64,000 nt of DNA from a virus (IMGVR_UViG_3300017707_001811:37573-101572), one strand, 5' to 3'; shown: positions 29,715-40,123, counted from the stretch's first letter. Notes: generated by a model not told the origin, from the letters alone. Program-made: numbers and translations.

Positions 29715-31880
29715 ATGGCACTAGGTTTTCAAGACTGTTGTAATACATCTAATTATTTTTATTTAAACGGAATACCTGCTACGGTATCCGAGTTTGAAGT
29801 TTATTATATTGAAACAACTCAGGGAGAAAATTTCTGTGCAACATATGTTAATGTACCAACATTAAATTACCAACCACCTACTTATGACTTACTTGTGATG
29901 ACACAACAAACTGATTGTGAAACATGTACAGATAGTTATAGTTGCCCATCTGAGGAAACAATATTTTTAAATCAGTTTGGTGCAGGGTCTGTGGCAACAG
30001 GAACTGATTGTTATATTAAAACAATTTTTCCTATGTATGTTGAGTGTTCCTCAAGCAACCCAACCGCACTCAATTTATATGACGGACAGGTTTCTATTTA
30101 TGTAACTGGCGGAACAACACCTTATGTATTTTATAGTGGTAACACAAATCAAGTTATTGGTCCAAATACATTACCAATATCAAATGTGTTTTCAGTATTT
30201 CCTAATGCAACTCAAGGAACATATAGTATAAGAGTTGTTGATAAATATGGTGATTTTACACAGACAATTGATTGTACTTTAGATGCCGCACCAGCAATAT
30301 TAAGTGCGTATTGTGCATCAATTTCAGTATCTGCGTTTGGGGCTAACAATGGACAATTAAATGTACAAGCTTTTGGAGGAGTACCTCCATACACATACAT
30401 ATACACAGGTACAAGTACTAATTTACCTGTTACAGGATTAACTGCAGGTACTTATTCTTTAACTATAAATGATTCAGGTGAAGGAGAAGATTTACAAACA
30501 TTCACTATAGATTGTGAAGTGGGTACTCCTGATAGAATTGATTATCCTGATAATTTATGTTTAGAAATTAATGTTTGCGGAACAAACTTTAATTTAAGTT
30601 TCACGGCTAATGGAGAATACAACTATGTTACACAATATACCCTTACAAATCCATCAGTAATTGCTATAACAGGAATGACATTATACAATGGACCACAAGG
30701 ATGGGTAACAAGTATTGAAACACTAACAGGTACCCCACAATTTGTAACTTATTGTGGTCTTGATTTTACAACTCCACAAGTGTTCTTTAAATCTACAACA
30801 CCAAATGATGTACAACCAATAGGTGTTTGGGATGGATATGGTATATTCTTTAATAATACCGCTAACGTAGTTCCTGGAGAATGTACTAACCAATCAAGCG
30901 GGGGAGGAACCCCAATAGTATTACCTACGGTATCAACAATTAATATTACAAATGCGACATGTACAAATAATGTTGGTAATGTTACTTTATTGGCTAATGG
31001 TGGTTCTGGTGCTCCATATACATACTATTTGAATAATTCTCTACAGAGTGGACCGACAATTTCTAATTTATTACCAGGAAACTATTCGGCTTATGTTATA
31101 GATGTTAATGGAAACCAAAGTCAGACTATAACATTCACAATAACACAGCAACAACCATCGGTTATCTCTATGAATTTAAATACTGCTATTGATAGTGCTA
31201 ATGTTATTACTGATGGACCGTACACTGTAAATGGTGCGGGTGGACCGTACACTAATTGTTATTATACATATCGACCTATGACTGTTACTGCGACAATTAC
31301 AGGTATCCCTGCAGGACAAACAGTTACAGGATATTTTGTGATTAAAACAAAGATTCAGGGAGCGTTTACTGATGGATTTACTCAAACGGTATGGCAAGGA
31401 GGAGGTTCATCTAACATGACCATTACAGGGTATAGAATAAACGGTTCGTCTCAATTTATTCCATCTTCAACCTTAATTAGTGATGATACATTAATTAGAC
31501 CAAATGGAATAAACCCATCTTTCTTATTAACACAAGAAAGCCAAACATGTGTATCAAAACAAACAAGGAAAACTATAAAATCAAACACTCTTAATAGTAT
31601 TACTTTAAATAATAGTAGTGTTATTGAGTTTGATTTATTAATGGAGTCACAATTTAGACCCGAAGGTAACCAACCTTCTCACGGAGTAGACTCAAATATA
31701 AATGGATGTACCCCAGGTTCCGCAGTTCAATTTGAAATTGAGTTCATTAAAACATCTCCAAACATAAACTGTTATAATTTTGTATTTAACAATAATTTGA
31801 CACCATATATTAGAAGTTCAAAACAAAAAGGACCACAAACATATTTGGGGCCAATAAGTACTTCATTAATTATAAGCTAA
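29715..31880 (+). CDS. Cys-rich virion protein with N-terminal CC domain and SprB-like repeats
   Basis: FQDCCN start, DCETC...YSC, units such as VYVTGGTTPY, LNVQAFGGVPPY and VTLLANGGSGAPY. Confidence 0.6.
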   Translation: MALGFQDCCNTSNYFYLNGIPATVSEFEVYYIETTQGENFCATYVNVPTLNYQPPTYDLLVMTQQTDCETCTDSYSCPSEETIFLNQFGAGSVATGTDCYIKTIFPMYVECSSSNPTALNLYDGQVSIYVTGGTTPYVFYSGNTNQVIGPNTLPISNVFSVFPNATQGTYSIRVVDKYGDFTQTIDCTLDAAPAILSAYCASISVSAFGANNGQLNVQAFGGVPPYTYIYTGTSTNLPVTGLTAGTYSLTINDSGEGEDLQTFTIDCEVGTPDRIDYPDNLCLEINVCGTNFNLSFTANGEYNYVTQYTLTNPSVIAITGMTLYNGPQGWVTSIETLTGTPQFVTYCGLDFTTPQVFFKSTTPNDVQPIGVWDGYGIFFNNTANVVPGECTNQSSGGGTPIVLPTVSTINITNATCTNNVGNVTLLANGGSGAPYTYYLNNSLQSGPTISNLLPGNYSAYVIDVNGNQSQTITFTITQQQPSVISMNLNTAIDSANVITDGPYTVNGAGGPYTNCYYTYRPMTVTATITGIPAGQTVTGYFVIKTKIQGAFTDGFTQTVWQGGGSSNMTITGYRINGSSQFIPSSTLISDDTLIRPNGINPSFLLTQESQTCVSKQTRKTIKSNTLNSITLNNSSVIEFDLLMESQFRPEGNQPSHGVDSNINGCTPGSAVQFEIEFIKTSPNINCYNFVFNNNLTPYIRSSKQKGPQTYLGPISTSLIIS

Positions 31881-31896
31881 AGATATTTACTAAATA

Positions 31897-34089
31897 ATGG
31901 GATATATAATAAAAGATAATCAGGGTTTAGTTGTTACAAGATTAACTGATGTAGGAAGAAGAAAAATTTCACAAGGGTCTTTTAACATAAGCTATTTCCA
32001 AATAGGGGATAGTGAAGTTAATTACACATCTATACCAAATTATAATCAAAATGATTCTATGGTGTTAGAACCACCATATAACGCCCACAATAATACAGGA
32101 GTACCACAATCTACTAAAAACGATATCAAATATCCTTTTTATTTACAAGGTACATCAGGAATAACTTATGGAATACCATACCAAGCTTCAAATATTGATG
32201 AGGTATATAATACATCTGCGCCTTCAGGATTTTTCTCTGCAAACACTTCTTGTTACCCTCCACTAAAAAGTTCTGCTTATACCTATAATTCAGAGTATCA
32301 GGCGGATATATTAACTGGAGGTTTTAATGGTGGCACGTCAATAGTAACAGTATTTAGTAATCCTTGTTCAGATTCATCAACAGGCACTATTTCTGCAGGT
32401 ACTTATGTTACAATTTTTATGGATGGTGATTCTGGTGACCAATGTGGATGTTTCCAATCTTGTTTTCCAATATTAACATATCAAGTATTATCATGGAATT
32501 CAGGTACATTACAAGTTGCTTTAGATAGAGAACTACCTGATTTGGTGTCGTTGGGATATTCAGGGTTTGTTAGATTATTTTTCTATCCTAGTGGAATGAC
32601 AGGGTACGACTTGTCAACACCGATGAATTATTGGAGTAATAGTGTAATTAATTATGAATCAATATGTACACCTGAGGATGGTATAGTTAAGATATGGAAC
32701 ATGAATATTCCTTGGTCTGAAAGTCCAGCGGGTATTAATCCTATACAGAACTATACTTACGATTATTTTAATTCAAAAGATTATATTGGGACTAAAGAAT
32801 ATTACGGTTATATGTCATCTTCAGGACAAACCGATACCTCTGCGGTTACTTATTATAATTCATATGGTGAACAAATTATTGTGTCACCTGAAGAACAAAA
32901 AACGATTGCTATTGTTCATTATACTAATAATACAATTATTAATTTTTATGGTGAAAAATTCGCAACCGAAGCTTATGATTCATCTAACCCTGGACAAACA
33001 GGTCAGGCAAGAAATTTTAAAATAACAATGCCATGGTTAAATTGGCATAAAAATACAGAGTGTTGCTCAGGAACCACATTTTATATTGACCCACCAGGAT
33101 TTGATGGGTTTGATTTATTGACTCCTTATTATATAAAGTCGTCAAAAAATACGGATATGAATAATCCTGGTATAAGATATTATCATTTATACGATACCAA
33201 CGAAGCATATAATGATGGACCTCCAAACAGAGTAGGTAAAGTTTTCCCTGACGATAAAATTATAATATTTGATGATGAAGAAATTGTTGCTGCAATGTCG
33301 TATGTCTCAAATAGAAATTTCACATTACCTGCGCCTAGATTAGGGCTTATAACACCTGGAGTTTGTGACGGTAGTTCCGATGGATTATTAGACAATGACT
33401 CAGAATGTGTTTGGATTACTTATGGATTTGAAGGTGATTGGCAAGGTATGCATTGTAACTACTACCAAAAAATAGTAGGACCTACTTCTGGATGCTCAAC
33501 TGATGAGAAAAATGTTACAGTTTCATTCGGAGGAGATTTCCAATGTATGACCACTGGAAATACATATGGATGGGGAGGAAATGGATTTTTCATATTGGCT
33601 CAAAAAACAAGTAGTTCACAAAATAGACCATCTTCAACAGGATGGATTAAAATAGACTATACTACTCACCTTGATAATAATGGTTATGTAGATTCTAATG
33701 GATACATAATACCTGAAGGATTAACGGCATTAACATTTACAGTAAGTCAAACAGACTATAATAATGGTACTTCATATTTGTTAGACTCACAAATTAGTTT
33801 ACCTGCAATAGGACAACCTGATTTGTTAAATTTTGGAGATGAATATTTCTTTTACGGTACGATAGAAACTGACATTGAGGCAACAATATATGAAATGAGA
33901 TATTTGATTAATTTACCAAATAATCAATTTGTAAATAGCTCAAATCCAAGTTGGAGTAATACATATACACCATACATGTCTGAAATAGGTTTATATGACA
34001 CTGATAAAAATTTATTAGTTTTAGCTAAATTACAATCACCACAAGCAAGACAAGGTATACAACAAGTTGTCATTAAATTAGATTTTTAA
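31897..34089 (+). CDS. Tail-collar / fibre-attachment-like baseplate protein
   Basis: N-terminal LTDVGRRKISQG...YFQIGDSE and C-terminal MSEIGLYD...LAKLQSP resemble the two halves of the P2 gpH N-terminal (DUF3751-like) domain. Confidence 0.55.
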   Translation: MGYIIKDNQGLVVTRLTDVGRRKISQGSFNISYFQIGDSEVNYTSIPNYNQNDSMVLEPPYNAHNNTGVPQSTKNDIKYPFYLQGTSGITYGIPYQASNIDEVYNTSAPSGFFSANTSCYPPLKSSAYTYNSEYQADILTGGFNGGTSIVTVFSNPCSDSSTGTISAGTYVTIFMDGDSGDQCGCFQSCFPILTYQVLSWNSGTLQVALDRELPDLVSLGYSGFVRLFFYPSGMTGYDLSTPMNYWSNSVINYESICTPEDGIVKIWNMNIPWSESPAGINPIQNYTYDYFNSKDYIGTKEYYGYMSSSGQTDTSAVTYYNSYGEQIIVSPEEQKTIAIVHYTNNTIINFYGEKFATEAYDSSNPGQTGQARNFKITMPWLNWHKNTECCSGTTFYIDPPGFDGFDLLTPYYIKSSKNTDMNNPGIRYYHLYDTNEAYNDGPPNRVGKVFPDDKIIIFDDEEIVAAMSYVSNRNFTLPAPRLGLITPGVCDGSSDGLLDNDSECVWITYGFEGDWQGMHCNYYQKIVGPTSGCSTDEKNVTVSFGGDFQCMTTGNTYGWGGNGFFILAQKTSSSQNRPSSTGWIKIDYTTHLDNNGYVDSNGYIIPEGLTALTFTVSQTDYNNGTSYLLDSQISLPAIGQPDLLNFGDEYFFYGTIETDIEATIYEMRYLINLPNNQFVNSSNPSWSNTYTPYMSEIGLYDTDKNLLVLAKLQSPQARQGIQQVVIKLDF

Positions 34090-34117
34090 TTTACAAAACT
34101 TATTACTTTATTAAGAT
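34090..34117 (+). promoter_or_regulatory. sigma70-type promoter candidate upstream of ruvC
   Basis: TTTACA-16 nt-TAAGAT ending 10 nt before ATG 34128. Confidence 0.4.
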
Positions 34118-34127
34118 TAATTTACTT

Positions 34128-34718
34128 ATGGCAAAAAGCATTAAAAATTCGCCCAAAATTTTGGGATTAGACGTGTCAACAAAGACAATAGGATGGGCAC
34201 TTTTTGATATGTCCTCAAAAGACTTATTGGAATTAACTCACATATCCCCAAGACCAAAGCCAGTTCCTGAAAATAAAATGGAGGAGTTACTAATGAAATC
34301 TGGAATATTCAGAAAAAAATTGGAGGAATATAAAGGTCTTGGAATAATTAAATGTGTTATTGAGGAACCATTATTAAACTCTAATAACGCTTACACTATT
34401 GGAACTCTTTTAAGGTATAATACTCTTATTAGTAAAGAAGTTTATGATGTGTTAGGTGTTGTACCTGAATATGTATCAACATACGAATCAAGAAAAAGAG
34501 CGTTTCCTGAATTAGTTCAAAAAAATGAAAAAGGTAAATTTGTTTTGTTCGGAGGATATCCTAAAGACTGTGATAAGAAACAAATAGTTTGGGAACTTGT
34601 TGCGAAAAGAGAACCACAAATTCAATGGTTGTTCACTAGAAATAATACACTAAAAAAAGAAAATTTTGATATGTCAGATTCTTACACAGTTGTATTGAGT
34701 TATCTGAATAGTATATAA
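34128..34718 (+). CDS. ruvC: RuvC-like Holliday junction resolvase
   Basis: ILGLDVSTKTIGW, VIEEP, KKQIV and DMSDS acidic catalytic pattern of the RuvC fold. Confidence 0.8.
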   Translation: MAKSIKNSPKILGLDVSTKTIGWALFDMSSKDLLELTHISPRPKPVPENKMEELLMKSGIFRKKLEEYKGLGIIKCVIEEPLLNSNNAYTIGTLLRYNTLISKEVYDVLGVVPEYVSTYESRKRAFPELVQKNEKGKFVLFGGYPKDCDKKQIVWELVAKREPQIQWLFTRNNTLKKENFDMSDSYTVVLSYLNSI

Positions 34719-34746
34719 ATTATAATTTGATTTATTTTTTTTACTC

Positions 34747-34770
34747 AGGGGGTGATTTTCACCCTTTTTT
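34747..34770 (+). terminator. Intrinsic terminator after ruvC
   Basis: aggGGGTGA-ttt-TCACCCttt followed by a T-run, between convergent genes. Confidence 0.75.
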
Positions 34771-37514
34771 TATTCCTGACACGGTAGTAATCTAACAATA
34801 CCGTTAGCCTTTAATGACGAGTAAGTTGAGAAATTACCAACAGCAATTACTCTATTTTGATTGTCAGAAATTAAACCTTGTGAATTTGAATTAAATCCAC
34901 TTGTTGTTAAGAATTGGTTAACTAATAATCCGTCTTGAGTTATTTTAAATATTCCGTTAGTTGTTGTTCCATTATAATTTGATAATGCGAATGGTACAAT
35001 AAATACTAAATTACCATCTGCGGTTTCAGTACTATCATACGCATATGCTGTAACTGAAAGACCAGTTCCTGCATTAGTATTAAATGTTGAATTTAAGGTT
35101 CCTGTTAAAGATAATTTAATGATACCTCTTGCAACTGAAGAACCATTATATGTTGTAAACGTACCTGTTATAAATAAATTATTATTTGATTCTAAAATAG
35201 AACGAGTCGTACCATTAAACCCTGTACCATATACAAAGGTACCATCAATTGCTCCATTACTCGTTAATTTAACTATCCTATTTGCAGAAACACCATTATA
35301 TGTTGTAAAGCTACCTGTAACAACAATACTATCATCTGATAGTACTACTAAATTATTTGGTATTAAATTGAATCCTGAACCTAAAGGATTAAACGTAGAA
35401 TCAAAACTACCATCAGTATTTAATCTACAAATTTTACCAACCGAGTTACCGTCAAATTGAGTTAAATATCCTATACAAATCAATTTACCGTCTGATTGTT
35501 TTTTAATTGATATTATAACACCATTTGGACCAGTTCCGTAGTTAAATGTGGTATCTAAACTACCGTCAGTATTTAATCTACAAAAATTAGGAACAGATAC
35601 TCCACTATAATAATCAAAATAACCTGAACAAACTAACTTACCATTAGATTGCTCCGTGAAGCCTAAAGGTCTCATCAATAAAAATGTTGCTCCACTAAAA
35701 CCAACTTCAGTATTGAATGTTTTATCGTATACACCGTCTTTACTAATTCTAATTAAACCATTTCCTATTGAATTAGAGTATCCTGAAAATGCTCCAAAAA
35801 CATAATAATTATTATAAATACTTGATTCATAAACACCTAATGTTGATTGTGACCCTGAAGGTAAAAATCCTTCACCTGAAACAAAACTAAAATCAATACC
35901 AACCATTTGACATGAACTTGTAGATGGGGTTAATGTTATTGTCGGAGTTATAGTCGGAGTAACAGTTGGAGTTGGTGTTGGAGTTTGAGATGCAACTGGC
36001 ACACAGAACCTACATTCAAACAAATTACCACTATCTATTGATTGTAATATTGATGTTGCGGGACTGAAAACATCACTATCATATGTAACACAAGTTGATT
36101 TACCATTTATAGTTGCTAAAAATGTGGAACCAGTATTATAAGGTAGTGGTTCAGATATAATATATTTAAACCCATTAGAACAGTCAGTTAATTGTTTATT
36201 AAAGTTACTTGAGAAAATAGACTCAAATGTTCTAAATTCAACAGTATCAACAATCGAACAATTTTTAGACGCATTTGTTGGAGTAGGAGTAGGGGTTGAA
36301 GTTAAGAATGGGAAGTAAAATGTTGAACCTGACACATCTACTGATTTACCATAACAAACTTGAGTAGATGTTGGTGTTGGAGTTATTGTTGATGTTGGAG
36401 TTAATGTTGGGGTAGGTGTTGGAGTAGTTCCTGAAGTAACACTACAATCAAAAGATGCATTAAAATTAAAAGTTAAACATTCATCAGTAGTTGTTGGTGT
36501 CGGTGTAGGACAGAAAGGACCAAAAATAGAACTATCTAAGTCAGGACATAATGAGCTCGAATTTGTTGGTCCAAATAAAAAGCATTCGCCACCCACACAA
36601 TCAGATAGACACCATCTAGTGTCTCCTGTATTATAATATATAAAATATGGTAAAATTCCTGAAGGATTGTGAAATACGTCATAACCATCATAACCACCAT
36701 AGTTATAATATGTCCCATCATATTTAGTAGTACTACTAAAATTTGTAAACAGACAGAAACTATTATATGTACATCCAGTCCATGGTGTTGACGTAGGACT
36801 TGGTGTTATTGTTGGTGTAATACTTGGTGTAGGTGTAGGTGTACAGTCAGGTGATGGTAGTGAAGTTTTAGTTATTGTTGGAGTTGGAGTATTTGTTGGA
36901 GTTATACTAGGGGTTGCGGTTATTGTTGGTGTGTTAGTTGGAGTTATAGTATTTGTTGGGGTTATACTTGGTGTTGGAGTATTTGTCCTTGTTGGTGTAT
37001 TTGTTGGTGTTAAACTAGGTGTTGAGGTTATAGTTGCGGTTATACTTGGAGTCGGAGTTATAGTTGCAGTTATACTTGGAGTCGGAGTTATAGTTGAGGT
37101 ATTTGTTGGAGTTTGTGTTTGGGTTGTTGTTGGAGTCGGAGTTTGGGTTGAAGTAATTGTTGGGGTTTGAGTTGTGGTTGGTGTTGAAGTAATTGTTGGA
37201 GTTGGACTCTTTGTAGGTGTAGGTGTTGGAGCTGGAGTTGCCGAAGGAGTTTGAGTAGGACCTGGCACGCAAGGATAAACTGCGGTACAAGAAGCACAAG
37301 ATGCATATGAGGTAGTGTCCGCACTATATAAATTGTATACAGTTACTCCTGATGTAAAACCAGTTGCAATTGTTTGAGAACAACCTGTGTACTTATCTGT
37401 TACTAAATAGTATGTTAAACCTGTTGTAAAAGTATTAGGCGGTGACACCGTTTGAATTTGAAACGTGTCTCCGTAACAACATCCTGAAAATCTATACCAA
37501 ATTATCGAGCTCAA
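34770..37514 (-). CDS. Virion protein: CC domain, long Pro/Thr stalk, C-terminal delta-60 (DUF5122-like) beta-propeller
   Basis: RFSGCCY start; well over 100 residues of TPT/TPS repeats; repeated QSDGKL.c.G...[16 protein letters not shown] units. TTG start. Confidence 0.75.
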   Translation of the reverse strand: MSSIIWYRFSGCCYGDTFQIQTVSPPNTFTTGLTYYLVTDKYTGCSQTIATGFTSGVTVYNLYSADTTSYASCASCTAVYPCVPGPTQTPSATPAPTPTPTKSPTPTITSTPTTTQTPTITSTQTPTPTTTQTQTPTNTSTITPTPSITATITPTPSITATITSTPSLTPTNTPTRTNTPTPSITPTNTITPTNTPTITATPSITPTNTPTPTITKTSLPSPDCTPTPTPSITPTITPSPTSTPWTGCTYNSFCLFTNFSSTTKYDGTYYNYGGYDGYDVFHNPSGILPYFIYYNTGDTRWCLSDCVGGECFLFGPTNSSSLCPDLDSSIFGPFCPTPTPTTTDECLTFNFNASFDCSVTSGTTPTPTPTLTPTSTITPTPTSTQVCYGKSVDVSGSTFYFPFLTSTPTPTPTNASKNCSIVDTVEFRTFESIFSSNFNKQLTDCSNGFKYIISEPLPYNTGSTFLATINGKSTCVTYDSDVFSPATSILQSIDSGNLFECRFCVPVASQTPTPTPTVTPTITPTITLTPSTSSCQMVGIDFSFVSGEGFLPSGSQSTLGVYESSIYNNYYVFGAFSGYSNSIGNGLIRISKDGVYDKTFNTEVGFSGATFLLMRPLGFTEQSNGKLVCSGYFDYYSGVSVPNFCRLNTDGSLDTTFNYGTGPNGVIISIKKQSDGKLICIGYLTQFDGNSVGKICRLNTDGSFDSTFNPLGSGFNLIPNNLVVLSDDSIVVTGSFTTYNGVSANRIVKLTSNGAIDGTFVYGTGFNGTTRSILESNNNLFITGTFTTYNGSSVARGIIKLSLTGTLNSTFNTNAGTGLSVTAYAYDSTETADGNLVFIVPFALSNYNGTTTNGIFKITQDGLLVNQFLTTSGFNSNSQGLISDNQNRVIAVGNFSTYSSLKANGIVRLLPCQE
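37027..37096 (-). repeat. 30-bp tandem repeat (~2.3 copies) in the Pro/Thr stalk
   Basis: + strand unit gttatagttgc(g/a)gttatacttggagtcgga at 37027 and 37057, partial at 37087; encodes rotations of [10 protein letters not shown]. Confidence 0.9.
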
Positions 37515-37515
37515 A

Positions 37516-37740
37516 TTAAGTTACTGTAAAACAATTAGTTATTTCACACCCATCGTTATCAACTATCCTTACACAATATCCTTTTAAATCTTGAATAGGG
37601 TATGGTACGTTGAAACTATAAGGTAATTCTGCTGACGTAATAACACCCATATAATAACAAGGTGTCCCACCTGTTAAACATAAATATAACTCATATGGAG
37701 TTGAACCTGTAATATTACTAACTGTTACTGAAGTCGGCAT
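37516..37740 (-). CDS. Small Cys-containing Ig-like virion protein (paralog of 29447..29674)
   Basis: [12 protein letters not shown]...CYY...VRIVDNDGC; preceded by TATTTATA on the minus strand (37744..37751). Confidence 0.65.
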   Translation of the reverse strand: MPTSVTVSNITGSTPYELYLCLTGGTPCYYMGVITSAELPYSFNVPYPIQDLKGYCVRIVDNDGCEITNCFTVT

Positions 37741-37812
37741 ACCTATAAATATAAAAGTCTTGAAAAGTTTGTGAAGTTTGATTTAATTAAGTTTTTTATT
37801 ATATTTTAGTTT

Positions 37813-38709
37813 ATGGAAGAAAATGAAGTATTAGTTGACATGTTAAGGGAACTATTCGGAAAGGATAAAAATTACTATGCTTCAAAAGGACAAATTTCGT
37901 TTAATTGTCCATATTGTGATGAGGGTAAGAACAAAGGAAATTTAGAAATTAATATTAACGAACACGTATATAAATGTTGGGCGTGCTCTGATTATAATGG
38001 TACCCACGGTGTTTTAGGTAAATTAATAGATATTTTTGGTACAAAAAAACAAAGAAAAATATACGATGTATTCAAGCCTGAAGAATACAAAGTTAGAGAA
38101 AAACATAAACCAAAGATTAAATTACCTAAAGAATTTATTTCATTTAAAAACGTAAACCCATTACATATACCACACAAAGAGGCTGTTAATTATTTGAAAA
38201 AACGTGGAATAACTGATGAGATAATAGAAAAATATAATATAGGATTTGCAACTGAAGGTGAATATGCTGGAAGAATAATAGTACCATCTTATGATAAAGA
38301 AGATGAATTAAATTATTTTGTTTCTAGAGCTTGGTTTAAAACTAAAAATAAGTATAAGAATCCTGAATACCCTAAAGAAACTATAATATTTAATGAAAAA
38401 TTAATAGATTGGACTAAACCAATTTATTTATGTGAAGGTGTGTTCGATGGATTCTTCACCCCAAATCCAGTGATTTTACTTGGTAAAATATTGTCTGATT
38501 TGCTTTTTGAGACAATATATACTAATGCTCAATCTGACGTTATTATTTGTTTAGATGCGGACGCTTGGAAAGATGCTCAAAGCCTTTATAACAAATTAAA
38601 TGGAGGTAAACTAAGGGGTAAAATTAAAATATTAAAGTTACCAAAAAATACAGATGTTGCCGAACTTATGGGTAAAATTGATGATTTTTATTATCAAATG
38701 AATTATTAA
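37813..38709 (+). CDS. DNA primase-like protein (Zn finger plus TOPRIM)
   Basis: CPYC...CWAC zinc finger, GRIIVP, LCEGVFD and ICLDADA TOPRIM motifs. Confidence 0.85.
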   Translation: MEENEVLVDMLRELFGKDKNYYASKGQISFNCPYCDEGKNKGNLEININEHVYKCWACSDYNGTHGVLGKLIDIFGTKKQRKIYDVFKPEEYKVREKHKPKIKLPKEFISFKNVNPLHIPHKEAVNYLKKRGITDEIIEKYNIGFATEGEYAGRIIVPSYDKEDELNYFVSRAWFKTKNKYKNPEYPKETIIFNEKLIDWTKPIYLCEGVFDGFFTPNPVILLGKILSDLLFETIYTNAQSDVIICLDADAWKDAQSLYNKLNGGKLRGKIKILKLPKNTDVAELMGKIDDFYYQMNY

Positions 38710-39017
38710 TGGATTTACAAAAATTAAAACTCTCAAGTATACGTAGAACTCAAAAAATATCAGAATCTAAAAAAAACAAGATTAAATTAAGTATTCTGAA
38801 AAAAGGGTTTGATTATAATAAAGGATATATTACCGTAGATAGAAAAAATATAATTATTAATGGTAATCATAGACACCAGTCTTTAATTGAGATTTACGGA
38901 AAAGAACATGAGATATTTGTAAAAAAAACAAAATTAAGTAGAAAAACATATTATCTAATAGTATGCTCAATAATAATAATAGTTTTTTACTTTTTATTTA
39001 ATATATTAAAAAAATAA
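38709..39017 (+). CDS. ParB/Srx-like domain protein with C-terminal hydrophobic helix
   Basis: ITVDRKNIIINGNHR resembles the ParB DGHHR box; C-terminal LIVCSIIIIVFYFLF. Confidence 0.5.
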   Translation: MDLQKLKLSSIRRTQKISESKKNKIKLSILKKGFDYNKGYITVDRKNIIINGNHRHQSLIEIYGKEHEIFVKKTKLSRKTYYLIVCSIIIIVFYFLFNILKK

Positions 39018-39018
39018 T

Positions 39019-39873
39019 ATGGAACTAAAACAAATTGCATTAGAAATAAGAGAAATTATATCTAATAAACAAAAAGAACTTGAATTATCTTTTATTGAAG
39101 ATACTCATACATATTTTATGAAAGATACTGATGGGGTTGTTAAAAACTCATTTCCATCAGTGTCAAAAGTACTTAAAAAATTCTATCCCGAATTCCCAAC
39201 TGATGAGGCTGCTGAAAAAAAATCAAAAGGTGACCCTGTAGTAAAACAACAATTAATTGAAGAATGGGCAGCGGCTGGAGACTACTCAACAAATATGGGA
39301 AGTAGAGTCCATTATTTTTTAGAAAAAAAAGTCGTTGAAAATAATGGAAGTTATAAAGAAGTTAGACAACCAATTTTTGATTGTGATTTTACACAAATTT
39401 TAAAAGGTGACAGTATGATTAGTGCTGGTAACAAGTATCTAAAATTAATGGAAGATAGAAATGTGGTATTATTAGATACTGAAATGGTATTAGGTCATCC
39501 TATTTTAGGTTATACAGGACAACCCGATAAAGTTTGGTTAGTTGTAAATAAAAAGGGGGATGAATTCGGGATATTAATAACCGACTGGAAAACAAATAAA
39601 CCTAAAAACTTTTTGTCAAACAGTTTTACAAAACCAATGTTCAAACCTTTTGAAAACTATCCAAATACTGCATTAGGACACTATTATGTACAATTACCAT
39701 TATATGGTAAATTACTAATTGAAATGTTAAAAGGTTCTAAATATGAAAATATTAGACTATATGGATGTATTGTTGTTTTGTTAAGAGAAGATTCTGAATT
39801 TGAAGAATTTAGAGTCCCACAAAATGTTATTGATATAGTACTTGATATGGATATTAAAGAATACCTTACTTGA
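39019..39873 (+). CDS. PD-(D/E)xK exonuclease (Cas4/RecB-like)
   Basis: PSVSKVL, GSRVHYFLE, DTE, GQPDKV, DWKT and QLPLY motifs. Confidence 0.85.
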   Translation: MELKQIALEIREIISNKQKELELSFIEDTHTYFMKDTDGVVKNSFPSVSKVLKKFYPEFPTDEAAEKKSKGDPVVKQQLIEEWAAAGDYSTNMGSRVHYFLEKKVVENNGSYKEVRQPIFDCDFTQILKGDSMISAGNKYLKLMEDRNVVLLDTEMVLGHPILGYTGQPDKVWLVVNKKGDEFGILITDWKTNKPKNFLSNSFTKPMFKPFENYPNTALGHYYVQLPLYGKLLIEMLKGSKYENIRLYGCIVVLLREDSEFEEFRVPQNVIDIVLDMDIKEYLT

Positions 39874-39899
39874 AATAACTAAAATAATTAACTATAATT
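39870..39899 (+). promoter_or_regulatory. sigma70-type promoter candidate
   Basis: TTGAAA-18 nt-TATAAT just before ATG 39904. Confidence 0.5.
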
Positions 39900-39903
39900 G
39901 AAT

Positions 39904-40122
39904 ATGCAAACACTAATTTTTGACACAAAAAATAAAAAAACTACACTACATGCTGGACATGTTGTAAACACTGATGTACTATTTTCTTATAATGACACAC
40001 CTACAGTTCAGGTTAGAGATGGATTTTATGAAGTTATGTATAAACCATCTGATGTCGATAAAGCAATACCTGTATTAAGAGTTCCTATTTCAAATACAAA
40101 CATGATTATTAAAAATTTATAA
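39904..40122 (+). CDS. Hypothetical protein
   Basis: ATG 39904 preferred over the alternative start at 39898. Confidence 0.6.
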   Translation: MQTLIFDTKNKKTTLHAGHVVNTDVLFSYNDTPTVQVRDGFYEVMYKPSDVDKAIPVLRVPISNTNMIIKNL

Positions 40123-40123
40123 T

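Noticed and set aside
34128-34718. RuvC-fold gene as TnpB/Cas12-like or transposon
   Set aside because: Only 196 aa, with no Zn finger, transposase or terminal repeats; it fits a stand-alone resolvase.
39019-39873. Cas4-like nuclease as part of a CRISPR system
   Set aside because: No repeat-spacer array or other cas genes in the window; it sits among replication/recombination genes.
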